From positions 124,001 through 188,000 of the IMG/VR virus record IMGVR_UViG_3300047994_000374: a DNA stretch of 64,000 bases. The stretch is one strand, 5' to 3'. Shown piece by piece: positions 10,892 through 20,696 of the stretch. Both the position numbers and the translations under genes were made by a program. Position 1 is the stretch's first letter. The number at the start of each line of letters is the position of its first letter. The notes under the pieces were generated by a model. That model ran no database searches and was not told the DNA's origin. It saw only the letters and a list, made by a program, of their open reading frames with translations.

Positions 10892-11204
10892 ATGCACAAA
10901 CCTCTAAAACCTGAAGATAAAATATCCGTGGATAGTGAAGGGGTATATACTTATTTCCCTTCCTATTATTTTTTTGAAATCTATGTTCGTTGTTGATTAT
11001 AAATTTGTCAGTTTTTGGTGTAAAAGAAAAATTTATTAATGAGCCGGCAATTTATATTCAAGAAAGTTTGATTATAAAAAGATTGTAGAAATTTGTGAAG
11101 GAATTAGTTGTTGTAAATGTGGTGAGCACCATCAGTATGCCGAAGCAAATCAACCAAATGGCACTTTAGTTTGTTACTTATGTCGATTTAATCGTTTTAG
11201 ATAA
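10892..11204 (+). pseudogene. Frameshifted small gene with C-terminal zinc finger
   Basis: ATG 10892; pieces in different frames end in EGISCCKCGEHHQYAEANQPNGTLVCYLCRFNRFR*; that frame has no start codon. Confidence 0.55.
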
Positions 11205-12923
11205 TTAAACTATAATAACAGTTGCATCAGCTGTCATATCAGAAATAAAAGAGTTTGCAGAATTACTAACAAGAATGGTTGCATTTGTACTCGATACTGA
11301 AGCCTGAGTTGCAATTGATATTCCGGTATTACCAATGCTTGGAAAAGTCGACGCCGAATCTGCAGTGAATTGTGTGACAGTTCCTGCTGAATTACTAAAT
11401 CCATAATATTTTCTTGCCATGGTGCCTATTACAGAAGTAGTGCTTCGAGCCACAATAGTACAGTCTATAAAAACTGTTTTTCCAGTTGGTATAGGGATCG
11501 TTAAAATAGTTGTATTTCCTGCGGCGGCGCCCATACGTAATACTCCTTGATATCTTCTATATACTAAAGCTTGAGTATTGGCAGTACCTTGAACGTTTGG
11601 TCCCAAACTATAATCTATGAGTCCAGTAATTACTGAGTTCTGTGGGGAATAATGTAGCCCGTTAGCCGTATCTTGCCAAATCATTCCTGAGTTGATAAGG
11701 TTTGTAGTAGGAGGTGTAGATGTTTTTGCAATGGCTACTATACCAATTCCGCTAGCAAGAGGTCCCAAAAGTAAAATATCATTTCCGGCAGCGCCGAGAT
11801 GTAGTAAGCCATCAACAGAACGAGTATTTCCTGCCCCTGAATACAATTGAAGATCGCCACCTGTAGAGCCTGAGCCCTGCGCATATTGAGCGGTAATTAG
11901 AAGTGGTTGTGCGATAACTGATGTACCAGTATTGGCGATTTGTTTAATAGCAGGAGCCGTAACTGTCGATGCAAATTCTAAAAGTGGTGGAGTTAATGTA
12001 ATAGCAGAAGTAGAAAGATCAAATTGAGTTACTGCATTTATTTTAAATAACCAGTCTGTTAAATTGGTGTCTGAATCAAAGGCGAAGCTTGTGGCTGTAA
12101 TTGATTTTAACCCAGTATTATTTACGCTTGTTAATTGATTAAGAGACGCCTGAATTCCGCTAGCTCCAGCGCAAGAAAGAAAAGAGTAACCTGCGGCGCC
12201 GCAGGTTACTCTAGTTTGATTCCATGAAGATGAGCCGAAAATCATAACGATACTATCACTAGAAATCATTGGCTGATCAACGCCACCACTGACTGCCGCC
12301 AAATAAGTTTGAGCAGTTCCAGGCGAGGTGAATCTTAATGATCCAGTTGCGGGAAGACTTCCAAATGCACCAAAACCCAAATAACTTGAGCTTGGAATAT
12401 TTACTAATCCAGTATGGCTTCCATATCCACCAGTTAATTGCTGAACGACTGATGCTGCAGTCGTTCCTGTAACATCGCCCGCCATTGTTTGATTAGCTTG
12501 ATTGGCAGTAGGCAAAACACCAGTAACAAAATTAGATCCGCCTGCCAAATTAACAGCTGCATACCCTAAAGTAGAACTGCCAGTAACCTGCAAAACGTTT
12601 CCAGTAGTTAAAGAACCTGCAATTGGAACACTTGCACCATGAATATTGATAACGCTTGGACTAAATGCAGATCCTGATAAATCACCACCCCAAGTAATTA
12701 ATTTAGGTTCCCATCGACTATCTGCCGCGGAATAAATTAATAAATTATTATCTGCCGGTACAGCTTGTGATATTGGATAGCCTTGAATTCCAACGACAGT
12801 AGGAGTGGGGTAATTACCGGATAGATCGCCGCCTACAGTTCCAACAACTTTAACATTAGGATCTGTAATAAACTTTACGCCATCGTAGCGGACATAGCCG
12901 GGAGTTAAGAAATTTGGAAGCAT
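11205..12923 (-). CDS. Tail fibre-like virion protein, mosaic paralogue of 3272-5719
   Basis: GGDLSG repeats; GLVNIPS and FAFDSD..LTDW.F.IN segments shared with 3272-5719. Confidence 0.7.
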   Translation of the reverse strand: MLPNFLTPGYVRYDGVKFITDPNVKVVGTVGGDLSGNYPTPTVVGIQGYPISQAVPADNNLLIYSAADSRWEPKLITWGGDLSGSAFSPSVINIHGASVPIAGSLTTGNVLQVTGSSTLGYAAVNLAGGSNFVTGVLPTANQANQTMAGDVTGTTAASVVQQLTGGYGSHTGLVNIPSSSYLGFGAFGSLPATGSLRFTSPGTAQTYLAAVSGGVDQPMISSDSIVMIFGSSSWNQTRVTCGAAGYSFLSCAGASGIQASLNQLTSVNNTGLKSITATSFAFDSDTNLTDWLFKINAVTQFDLSTSAITLTPPLLEFASTVTAPAIKQIANTGTSVIAQPLLITAQYAQGSGSTGGDLQLYSGAGNTRSVDGLLHLGAAGNDILLLGPLASGIGIVAIAKTSTPPTTNLINSGMIWQDTANGLHYSPQNSVITGLIDYSLGPNVQGTANTQALVYRRYQGVLRMGAAAGNTTILTIPIPTGKTVFIDCTIVARSTTSVIGTMARKYYGFSNSAGTVTQFTADSASTFPSIGNTGISIATQASVSSTNATILVSNSANSFISDMTADATVIIV

Positions 12924-12938
12924 TGACCCTCACAAGGA

Positions 12939-12953
12939 ATGCCGTTTTATTAG
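12939..12953 (-). promoter_or_regulatory. Late-type promoter candidate CTAATAAAACGGCAT
   Basis: AATA-N5-GCAT also found at 49626-49638 and 62651-62663 upstream of structural genes. Confidence 0.45.
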
Positions 12954-12959
12954 CGGGAT

Positions 12960-13514
12960 TTAACCCATATGTAGATCAAGAACACTGGTTACTTCTCGGA
13001 TCCGTTCCTGCATATTCTCGGTATTGATGGTAAAATACTTGATTTCATGCTGCTCTAATAATAACTTAATCATGCCATCAATCGAAACAATAGCATCCCA
13101 ATTAAGTATCTCCCTAACCCCATCTGCTTTTAAAGTTGCCTTGGTGGGTCGTACGAAAAATACAAAAGAATTACGAGCCTTTAACATATCTAAATACTCA
13201 GTTAAATCCTGATGCTTCAATAGCTTGGGTAAAATTCGAGAATATTGAGCGGAGTAAGCTAAAATATCCAGCACGCTTCTATCGGAAACAAATTCTTTAT
13301 ATTTTTTCTCTTCTTCCAGCTGCCTATGAAATACATCCTCTTGAAACTTATCCGCCACATCCAAATTGCATCTCAGGCTATCAATCTGAAGCTCTTGTTC
13401 AGAAAGAATCATCCGTGCGGTTTCGCTAATAAAATTCATCTTATAATGTTTTGCAATGTGCCGTGCTACTGTGCTTTTTCCCAAACTCATACCGCCGCTG
13501 AAATACACTCTCAT
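12960..13514 (-). CDS. P-loop nucleotide kinase-like (NadR/AAA_28 type) protein
   Basis: SGGMSLGKST Walker A, SETAR, VSDRSVLD. Confidence 0.75.
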   Translation of the reverse strand: MRVYFSGGMSLGKSTVARHIAKHYKMNFISETARMILSEQELQIDSLRCNLDVADKFQEDVFHRQLEEEKKYKEFVSDRSVLDILAYSAQYSRILPKLLKHQDLTEYLDMLKARNSFVFFVRPTKATLKADGVREILNWDAIVSIDGMIKLLLEQHEIKYFTINTENMQERIREVTSVLDLHMG

Positions 13515-13958
13515 TCACATGAATCCTTTTAGCTTTTGAAACTTGGTTAATTTTTTAAATATAATCTCTTCACTATCTTTAAAAGTATTTTTAATTACAA
13601 AGAAGCATATGAAAGCGTCATTATAACTTGCCTCATATCCCATATTGTAATTATTCCAATGTATATTAATATATGGTATTTCATAAGTCAGTGGAAGTGC
13701 CAATGCATTTAATCCACGGTTAATATCATAGTGTGCAAAATGAGTGGATAAGTTATCTGGCACAGGTACAATAATAATCTTATCCCCAGTTGTATTATAA
13801 AGCTTTGTAAATTCATTTAAGAAATTATAATTTTTTACATTTTTATCAAAGTAATCTTGAATGTTTTGTGAAAATGTAAGTTTATATTTTTGCTTAATTT
13901 CTTTTAACAAATTATCAGCGTATGCTTGTTTGTTATCATTGAGCCGTTCATTGAACAT
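13515..13958 (-). CDS. Hypothetical protein with shared C-terminal motif
   Basis: Ends TKFQKLKGFM*. Confidence 0.6.
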   Translation of the reverse strand: MFNERLNDNKQAYADNLLKEIKQKYKLTFSQNIQDYFDKNVKNYNFLNEFTKLYNTTGDKIIIVPVPDNLSTHFAHYDINRGLNALALPLTYEIPYINIHWNNYNMGYEASYNDAFICFFVIKNTFKDSEEIIFKKLTKFQKLKGFM

Positions 13959-14121
13959 TAGCGATAAGCCTTTTGAATTCTTCTTCTGTCAGCTCCACGC
14001 TATTTAAAACTTTTTTCAAAGGTTCAAGATGATCTCTTGCCCCTATTGTTATTATGATTTTGCCAGGGTTATCGGACCTTGTGCATTCAATATAAGATTT
14101 GTCTGGCCAACTAATTTTCAA
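13948..14121 (-). CDS. Small hypothetical protein (57 aa, not in ORF track)
   Basis: TTG start overlapping the upstream TGA; MKISWPDKSYIECTRSDNPGKIIITIGARDHLEPLKKVLNSVELTEEEFKRLIANVQ; fills an operon gap. Confidence 0.55.
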   Translation of the reverse strand: MKISWPDKSYIECTRSDNPGKIIITIGARDHLEPLKKVLNSVELTEEEFKRLIANVQ

Positions 14122-14336
14122 TTGACACTCCGTGGAATATAAACTTCGCGCATTTCTTTCGTAAGAAGCTTTTGATTTATTACAGGTTCTTTTTGTGAAT
14201 GTTTGATTGTAAATTGAATGGCTTCTAATAAATCCATATGCAAAGTCATCTCAGATTGTGTGTTTGTTTCGATGTTTTTAAATTGATAAAGATACATATT
14301 AAATACTTTCGTTTGCTCTTTGAGTAACGACTTCAA
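14118..14336 (-). CDS. Small hypothetical protein
   Basis: ORF in operon; true start may be an internal ATG. Confidence 0.5.
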   Translation of the reverse strand: MKSLLKEQTKVFNMYLYQFKNIETNTQSEMTLHMDLLEAIQFTIKHSQKEPVINQKLLTKEMREVYIPRSVN

Positions 14337-15126
14337 CTTTGTTATTAACTATTGCAATTGTGTGTTCGAAATGTGAGTTATTTCTGACGGTCGTTACTGT
14401 CCAATTGTCAAGGGGATCAATATAGGTCTTTGTGTCGCCTCGTGTCAATAATGGTTCGATCGCAAATACCATATTGTTTTGAATTCGAACTCCCTCATTG
14501 GGTTCAGCCCGATTGCAAATAAAGGGATCGCCATGAGGAAGATTTTGTCCATTTAGAATGCCGACAATACCATGGCCACCATAAGTATTAATAGTCCTAA
14601 ATTGATCATTTTTAGCAGTCTTATAAATGATATCTCCAATAACTCCAATTCGTTTTCCAACAGCGACTGCTTTAATTGCATTATCTAAACAAAGCTTGGT
14701 TGTTTCTATTAAATCTCTATCTTCATTTGATTTGGGATGTCCGAAAATCATTGTAATGGCAGTATCAGCAATGGAGTTATTATATGTGGCTCCGAAGTCA
14801 AAACTAATAAGGTCGCCCTGTTTTAAATAGCGTTGTTTGGGAACTCCATGCACCAATTCATTATTTACAGATATACATGCAAAATTCGGAAACTTTTTAT
14901 AATCCTTAAAGGTTGCAATACAATTTCGTTTCGTAATCTCTTCACCTATAAAATTATCTAAATCAAGAAGAGATAATTTAGTTTCGTTCTTGATTAAATC
15001 TTCAAGAAGAACCATTATTTCAGCACAGCATTTTCCGGCAACTCTTAAATCCGCAATCCATTGATCATCATGAAGTCGAATGAAAGAGTTGTTAGAAAAT
15101 AATCCCTTTTGTTTTCCGTATTTCAT
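14299..15126 (-). CDS. map: Type I methionine aminopeptidase
   Basis: CISVNNELVHGVP, DFGA...ADTA, GHGI, IEP, HFEHT; metal ligands present. Confidence 0.93.
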   Translation of the reverse strand: MKYGKQKGLFSNNSFIRLHDDQWIADLRVAGKCCAEIMVLLEDLIKNETKLSLLDLDNFIGEEITKRNCIATFKDYKKFPNFACISVNNELVHGVPKQRYLKQGDLISFDFGATYNNSIADTAITMIFGHPKSNEDRDLIETTKLCLDNAIKAVAVGKRIGVIGDIIYKTAKNDQFRTINTYGGHGIVGILNGQNLPHGDPFICNRAEPNEGVRIQNNMVFAIEPLLTRGDTKTYIDPLDNWTVTTVRNNSHFEHTIAIVNNKVEVVTQRANESI

Positions 15127-15608
15127 GACTCCGCAAGAAATGAGGCAAATTCTTCTGAGCCCAATAAGCCTGCAATCTTCTTATCCAAAAGAGCTACCAT
15201 TGGATTATAAAGTTTGATTGCTGGGCGAGATGTATTGGTATTACCGATACAATCCCAAATATAATTACGAATAGCAATAAGACGCTGGACATTAGCAAGA
15301 TCATTTGCAAGCTTTAATGGCGCGGTGAATTTATCAACCGTGATGGTATCTAATTGCTTTAATAATCCACTTGCTTCTGTGCGAAAATCTTCAACTGACT
15401 GGAGGTTTTCAAGAGGCGCTTCTGTTTCTGCTGGAAGAGAAGTTGAACTTGGTGTTTCTTCTGGCGCAGCTGGGGCTATATCAGCCTTTTGGGGTTCAGG
15501 TGAGGTGCCAGTGCGTTTTATTGTGGAAGGCTTTTTAACTGCCTTTTTAGTAAGCTGGGTAGGGAGTTCCTGAGTTTCTAATTCTGGAGATACTTTCTTA
15601 TCAGTCAT
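15123..15608 (-). CDS. Hypothetical protein with disordered Pro/Thr/Glu-rich N-terminus
   Basis: 161-aa ORF coupled to map. Confidence 0.6.
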   Translation of the reverse strand: MTDKKVSPELETQELPTQLTKKAVKKPSTIKRTGTSPEPQKADIAPAAPEETPSSTSLPAETEAPLENLQSVEDFRTEASGLLKQLDTITVDKFTAPLKLANDLANVQRLIAIRNYIWDCIGNTNTSRPAIKLYNPMVALLDKKIAGLLGSEEFASFLAES

Positions 15609-15610
15609 TG

Positions 15611-15949
15611 TTATTGTCCTTTTGCTTGAGTTGAGTTGGCGCCACGGAGTATCTCGCCGCTTTCGCTCAATCCATCGGCAGCTGTCATCCCATATTTAGC
15701 AAATAACTGTGAAACAACCAAACGATATTCTAATTCAGATTTCTCGTTATTAGCAAGGGCTGTTTTTGCTTCCGCAACTGCCGTAAGCTTTTTTTGCTGG
15801 GCAAGCTGGAGGTGAAGAAAGTCTTCTGTTTGAAGTTTTTCCTTGGGTGCTTCAGGCGCAGGAACAACAACTGCTGGAGTTGAAACTGGCGCTGGTGGAG
15901 CGTTATCATGTGATACTAGTTTGAGATCTGGTGGCATTGATTCGGTCAT
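15611..15949 (-). CDS. Hypothetical coiled-coil protein
   Basis: 112-aa ORF, GGAG SD, GATATATA motif upstream. Confidence 0.6.
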   Translation of the reverse strand: MTESMPPDLKLVSHDNAPPAPVSTPAVVVPAPEAPKEKLQTEDFLHLQLAQQKKLTAVAEAKTALANNEKSELEYRLVVSQLFAKYGMTAADGLSESGEILRGANSTQAKGQ

Positions 15950-16020
15950 TTAATTCTCCGGTTATTGGTAAATAATACTACTTGATATGTTATATATCCA
16001 GTTTATAATAACTATTTATT

Positions 16021-16131
16021 TTAAGTAGTCAATGGTAGTTGATTAAGATATTCTAAAAATTCTGTTTTTAAATATTTTACAAGTTTTTTCCATAATATTT
16101 TCGTCCATCTATTCGTAATATATTTATTCAT
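16021..16131 (-). CDS. Possible 36-aa peptide
   Basis: MNKYITNRWTKILWKKLVKYLKTEFLEYLNQLPLTT downstream of TTGACG-N16-TAAGGT (16141-16168). Confidence 0.3.
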   Translation of the reverse strand: MNKYITNRWTKILWKKLVKYLKTEFLEYLNQLPLTT

Positions 16132-16175
16132 AGGTTTATTACCTTAATCATTTATGATAAAACGTCAATAGATAT

Positions 16176-17468
16176 TTATAATAAATCTGCTGCTGCATCA
16201 GCTAATGCACTTCGTTCGCATTTTACCAGATTAATTGAGCCGCCTAAATAAGATGGTTTGAACGCGTCAATAACTGCGACTATCCCATTATCAATGGCGC
16301 TTAATTCTTCTGCGTCGATTTGTTGTAAATCTCCAGTAAGTACGATACGCCCTTCACCCATTCTTGAAATGATTGTTTTTACTTGATCTTTCGGTAAATT
16401 TTGGCATTCATCCAACAGCACTAGGGTATTAGCAGAAAAAGTTCTCCCCCGACAATGCTCAATATTACCAAATTCTAATTTACCCTTTTCTTGCCACATT
16501 TCAACAGTTTGTTTAAAGTTACTGCCCTTCATAGAAAACAAAACCTCAAGGCTATCCATAATTGCTTGAAACCATGGAGCCAGTTTTTCGCCCTCAAGTC
16601 CTGGCAAAAATCCTAAAGTTTTGCCAACACTTTGAAATGGACGATAGATAACTAATTTATCATATTCTTTTTTATTAAAAACTAAATCTAAACAGGCGGC
16701 AAGACACAATAAGCTTTTTCCAGATCCTGTTTTTCCACATAAACTAACCAATGGAACAGAACAATCCATTAACAAATCTATTGCTAAAATTTGCTCATGA
16801 TTTCTTGGCTTTAAATTCCATGGATATAATCTCTTAACTATTTTAATTTTATCGGGGGATACTAATCTGCCAGACGAAATAATATCGCCGTTAAGATCTA
16901 AAAAATTAACGAACTCATGTGGATTTAATTGTAAGTTAAAGTCATTTGGATTAATTTCATTATTACATATTAATTCGCCACCTGCGTCTTCATCAATAAC
17001 ATCTTGAACACCGGTATATACTTCATTAAAATCTCTGTGTTCTGATTTGTGCTCTTCCGCATGAATGCCCTTCGATTTCGCTTTAACTCGAAGATTAATA
17101 TCATTGGTTAAAAGAATTAAATCTTTATTCTCTAACCAATTTGCATAAGCACAAGCTAAAATTTGTGAATCACCATAATCAGCAGGACCCATGCCTCTAA
17201 GAATTTCATGGTCTTCAGCGTCAATTTTAACCAAACAATCATTCTCTAAAAGAATGCCTGTTGTGATATCGCCTTTGTCGCAAATTTCATCTAAATAACG
17301 AATAGCAACTCTGGCATTTCTGGCAGAATCATTGAAACCTTTTTTTAATTTGTCAAGCTCAGTTAATACGGCAACTGGCAGAATGACATCACTTGCGGGA
17401 TAATGATCATAAACTTTAGGATTATTAATTAAAACACTTGTATCTAAAACAAAAACTGGTCGATCCAT
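16176..17468 (-). CDS. phoH: PIN-domain PhoH-family ATPase (PhoH2/YlaK-like)
   Basis: VLDTSVL..ELD..D..IL..TNDINLRVKA PIN domain; GKTGSGKS, LGFLPG, RGRT, DECQN, GDLQQID. Confidence 0.92.
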   Translation of the reverse strand: MDRPVFVLDTSVLINNPKVYDHYPASDVILPVAVLTELDKLKKGFNDSARNARVAIRYLDEICDKGDITTGILLENDCLVKIDAEDHEILRGMGPADYGDSQILACAYANWLENKDLILLTNDINLRVKAKSKGIHAEEHKSEHRDFNEVYTGVQDVIDEDAGGELICNNEINPNDFNLQLNPHEFVNFLDLNGDIISSGRLVSPDKIKIVKRLYPWNLKPRNHEQILAIDLLMDCSVPLVSLCGKTGSGKSLLCLAACLDLVFNKKEYDKLVIYRPFQSVGKTLGFLPGLEGEKLAPWFQAIMDSLEVLFSMKGSNFKQTVEMWQEKGKLEFGNIEHCRGRTFSANTLVLLDECQNLPKDQVKTIISRMGEGRIVLTGDLQQIDAEELSAIDNGIVAVIDAFKPSYLGGSINLVKCERSALADAAADLL

Positions 17469-17541
17469 TTACAGTCCATAAGTAAGTTGTTGGGTTACTT
17501 TATTGCCCGGTGAAACTTATCTTATTTAATATTCTTTGCCA

Positions 17542-17922
17542 TTATTCCTCTTGATCGAAAACTGAAAAACTTTCCACTGTCATTTCTAAATATACTTGCT
17601 TCTTTTTATCAGGTTGAGAAAGGTCTGTTTTCAATTTATATGCAGGTTTAGTCATAGAGGCTATTTTATCTTTTTCTAAATAAACCTCCATCGTTTCCGG
17701 GGTATCAATTACATGCAAATTGTAAATGGCAAGTAGTTGTCTTAATTCCATTTTTTGTTCTGTAGTCAATACGGTTTCTTCTGGCCAAATGAATTCTACT
17801 TTTTCAGCCGCTTCGGTATTATCAAACATCTGCAATAATAATGAACGAAGGAAGCGAGCTTTCTCTTCAGCTTCAACTTGCCTTGTATTTTCATTATGAT
17901 TGAGAAGTATAACTGTTTTCAC
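17542..17922 (-). CDS. Hypothetical protein
   Basis: 126-aa ORF directly after nrdA. Confidence 0.6.
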   Translation of the reverse strand: MKTVILLNHNENTRQVEAEEKARFLRSLLLQMFDNTEAAEKVEFIWPEETVLTTEQKMELRQLLAIYNLHVIDTPETMEVYLEKDKIASMTKPAYKLKTDLSQPDKKKQVYLEMTVESFSVFDQEE

Positions 17923-17924
17923 TT

Positions 17925-19634
17925 TTATCCTTCACAAGCCTTGCACTCATCTTCGCTTCGTGAGGCAAGATCACTTTTAATAACGCCTTCACTTCTGCAA
18001 TAGTATAATGTTTTAAGTCCAGTTTTCCATGCAGCTAAATGAACTTCATGAATATATTTTGGCGAAGAATTGGTCGCGAAAAATAAATTAACCGATTGAG
18101 CCTGATCCACATATCGTTGTCTTTGAACGGCAAGTTTTACAATAGTATGTTGATTAATTTCTCGGGCGGTTAGGAATACTTCTTTTTCTTGTTCACTTAA
18201 AAAGTTTAAATGATGAACGCTTCCACTTTGTTCATTAATTGATTTCCAAATCTCAGTTGTATTTTTACCCTTTGTTTCTAATAGAGCTTCAAGAGTTTTA
18301 TTTTTACGAATGAAAGTTCCTTTGGCTGATTTTTGAACGAAAACATTTGCCGAGAATGGTTCTATTCCTGCGCTATGTCCACCGGAAATAGTTGAATTTG
18401 AAACTGTTGGGGCTACGGCAAGCAAGTGGGTGTGCCTTCTATTAAATCCCTTACACCATTCTGGCTCGCCCAACTCTTTTGCTAGTAATGCTGTTTCTTC
18501 ATTTGCTTTTGTATGCATGCTTTTAAAAATTGTAGCATTTAGCATCATTGTGTCAAAACAATCAAATGGCAATCCTTTTTCTTGAAGAAGCGTGTGCCAG
18601 CCCAAGACGCCCAAGCCAATCGCTCTTCCTTTAATTGCAGAACGACGCGACGCCTCCATGCCCTTCATATTTTTTGTTTTTTCAATGTATTCGGATAGGA
18701 CGGCATCTAAAAATCGAATAGATAAATTAACTGTATCTGTATCTTTCCACTCTTCCCAACGAACTAAATTAAGAGAAGATAGACAACAAACGAAACTATG
18801 ATCGGGATCGGTATGCAATGTAATCTCTGTACAAATATTCGATCCCTTTACTGTCAGTCCATTTTTAACATAACATTCTGGATTAAGTTTATTAACATTG
18901 TCAGTAAAGAATAAGTATGGTTCGCCGGTTTCGACGCGGTTCTTTAAAATCTCTTCCCAAAGCTTTCGTTTATCTTTATCGCCCGCTAACATTGATTCCA
19001 TCCAAGCGTCAGTAATGCATACGCCATGATTGATATTTAAGCAACGACGATTAACATCTCCTGTGGGGCGGCGGATATTAATAAATTCATTGATATCTAA
19101 ATGCTCAATAGGTAAATAAATTGCGGACGCACCACGACGAGTTGAGCCTTGTGATACTGATACAGTTGTTTGATCCATTACTTTAGCCCAAGGAATTATG
19201 CCTTCTGATTTGCCATTTCCATTAATGCCGACGCCGCGACCACGGATGTCTCCAAAGAAAACGCCGACTCCGGCGCCATTTTTTGAAAGCATTGCAAGCT
19301 CATAGTTTTTCATAAAAATGGAGTCTAAGCTATCGCCAACATGAACTGTATTGCAGCTAATGGGTAGCCCTCTATTTGTTCCCATATTACTAAGAATGGG
19401 GGAGCTGGGACAAAGCCAATTCTTCCACATAATTTCAAAAAATTTATCTTCATAATTTTCAGAATAGTAAGATGCAGCTGCTTTTGCTACACGAGAATAC
19501 ATTCCTTTTGGAGTTTCATTTGGAAGCAGATATCCTGACAATAAAGTTTTATATCCAACAATGTCCATAAACTCAGGGGCTTCGCCAGTTTTTTTTAAAT
19601 CAATTAAAATATTTTCCACGCTATCATGAGCCAT
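17925..19634 (-). CDS. nrdA: Ribonucleotide reductase alpha subunit, short form without ATP cone (start revised to ATG 19634)
   Basis: PISCN, SNICTEI, CCLSSLN, APTVSNS, KTLYYCR, C-terminal CKACEG. Confidence 0.95.
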   Translation of the reverse strand: MAHDSVENILIDLKKTGEAPEFMDIVGYKTLLSGYLLPNETPKGMYSRVAKAAASYYSENYEDKFFEIMWKNWLCPSSPILSNMGTNRGLPISCNTVHVGDSLDSIFMKNYELAMLSKNGAGVGVFFGDIRGRGVGINGNGKSEGIIPWAKVMDQTTVSVSQGSTRRGASAIYLPIEHLDINEFINIRRPTGDVNRRCLNINHGVCITDAWMESMLAGDKDKRKLWEEILKNRVETGEPYLFFTDNVNKLNPECYVKNGLTVKGSNICTEITLHTDPDHSFVCCLSSLNLVRWEEWKDTDTVNLSIRFLDAVLSEYIEKTKNMKGMEASRRSAIKGRAIGLGVLGWHTLLQEKGLPFDCFDTMMLNATIFKSMHTKANEETALLAKELGEPEWCKGFNRRHTHLLAVAPTVSNSTISGGHSAGIEPFSANVFVQKSAKGTFIRKNKTLEALLETKGKNTTEIWKSINEQSGSVHHLNFLSEQEKEVFLTAREINQHTIVKLAVQRQRYVDQAQSVNLFFATNSSPKYIHEVHLAAWKTGLKTLYYCRSEGVIKSDLASRSEDECKACEG

Positions 19635-20622
19635 TCGAATCATCTCCCTTAACAATTATTTCCTCATCCCATATGGTAGAAAAATCAACAACTCCTTTGG
19701 AATATGTATCAACACGGCTGGCGAAAAAGTCAGCATGAGAAACGCCCGAAGAGAGGACATCGAACCAGGACATTCTTTCCACAGCATCCTTATCGATATT
19801 TTTCCAAACTTTCTTTAATCCTAAATCACCTAACTTAGTATTAGTTCGAAATCGAATAAATGTTTTAAGATCATGCGCATCAATCCCTTCAACTGTTCCA
19901 TTTTCAAATGCTTTGGAAATAAAGTTATCTTCTAATTCAACAGTTAGGCGAGCTGCATTATAAATTTCTTCTTTTAATTCATCCGTCATAATTTCTGGAA
20001 ATTCACTTATTAAAGTTCTAAATAACCAACAACCAGCGTCAGAATGTAATGATTCGTCCTTGATAGAAAATGCAATAATCTGTCCAAGCCCCTTCATCTT
20101 ATTAAATCGAGAAAAATTTAGTAATATGGCGAACGAAGAGAAGAGATTTACTCCCTCATTAAACGCAGAAAAAATAGCTAAACTTTTTGCAATCTCTTCT
20201 TTGGTCTTCCCCTTGGTTCCGATAAGGCGATCAATTTTTGCTTTGGCAGTTGGCTCATGTAAAAACGCTTCGAAATCTTCAAGTCCTAATGATTGATTTA
20301 GATAAGCATAAGCTACTGCATGAATACTTTCCATTGAAGAAAAGGAGGCTGCCATCATTTGGATTTCTGGCTTCTTGAACCACTTGCCAACCATCTGCCC
20401 CCAATACTCTTGAATAAAAACTTCCGACTGAGTGAAGCCTTTTAAAATATGTCCGATAACATTTTTTTCTGTTTCATTTAAATTAATCTTCCAATCATTA
20501 ATATCAGAAGCCATAGAAATTTCAGAATGAATCCAATGTGATTGCTGTTGAAGCTCCCAGTATTTATAGGCTTTTTCATATTCAAAGGGTGCATAAGTTG
20601 GGCGCGGTGTCAGTATCGTCAT
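19624..20622 (-). CDS. nrdB: Ribonucleotide reductase beta subunit, class Id-like
   Basis: FTQSEV, ESIHAVAY, EGVNLFSSF, DESLH, DFFA. Confidence 0.93.
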   Translation of the reverse strand: MTILTPRPTYAPFEYEKAYKYWELQQQSHWIHSEISMASDINDWKINLNETEKNVIGHILKGFTQSEVFIQEYWGQMVGKWFKKPEIQMMAASFSSMESIHAVAYAYLNQSLGLEDFEAFLHEPTAKAKIDRLIGTKGKTKEEIAKSLAIFSAFNEGVNLFSSFAILLNFSRFNKMKGLGQIIAFSIKDESLHSDAGCWLFRTLISEFPEIMTDELKEEIYNAARLTVELEDNFISKAFENGTVEGIDAHDLKTFIRFRTNTKLGDLGLKKVWKNIDKDAVERMSWFDVLSSGVSHADFFASRVDTYSKGVVDFSTIWDEEIIVKGDDSNGS

Positions 20623-20696
20623 GTAGCCTTGTTTTAGATAGAAGTGTCCATTAAGCTTGTATAGTGCAAGCTTTCTATATAACCTTTTGATTCGGA

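Noticed and set aside
114-12923. Diversity-generating retroelement acting on fibre genes
   Set aside because: No reverse transcriptase and no near-identical repeat pair differing only at adenines was seen; repeats are diverged at protein level.
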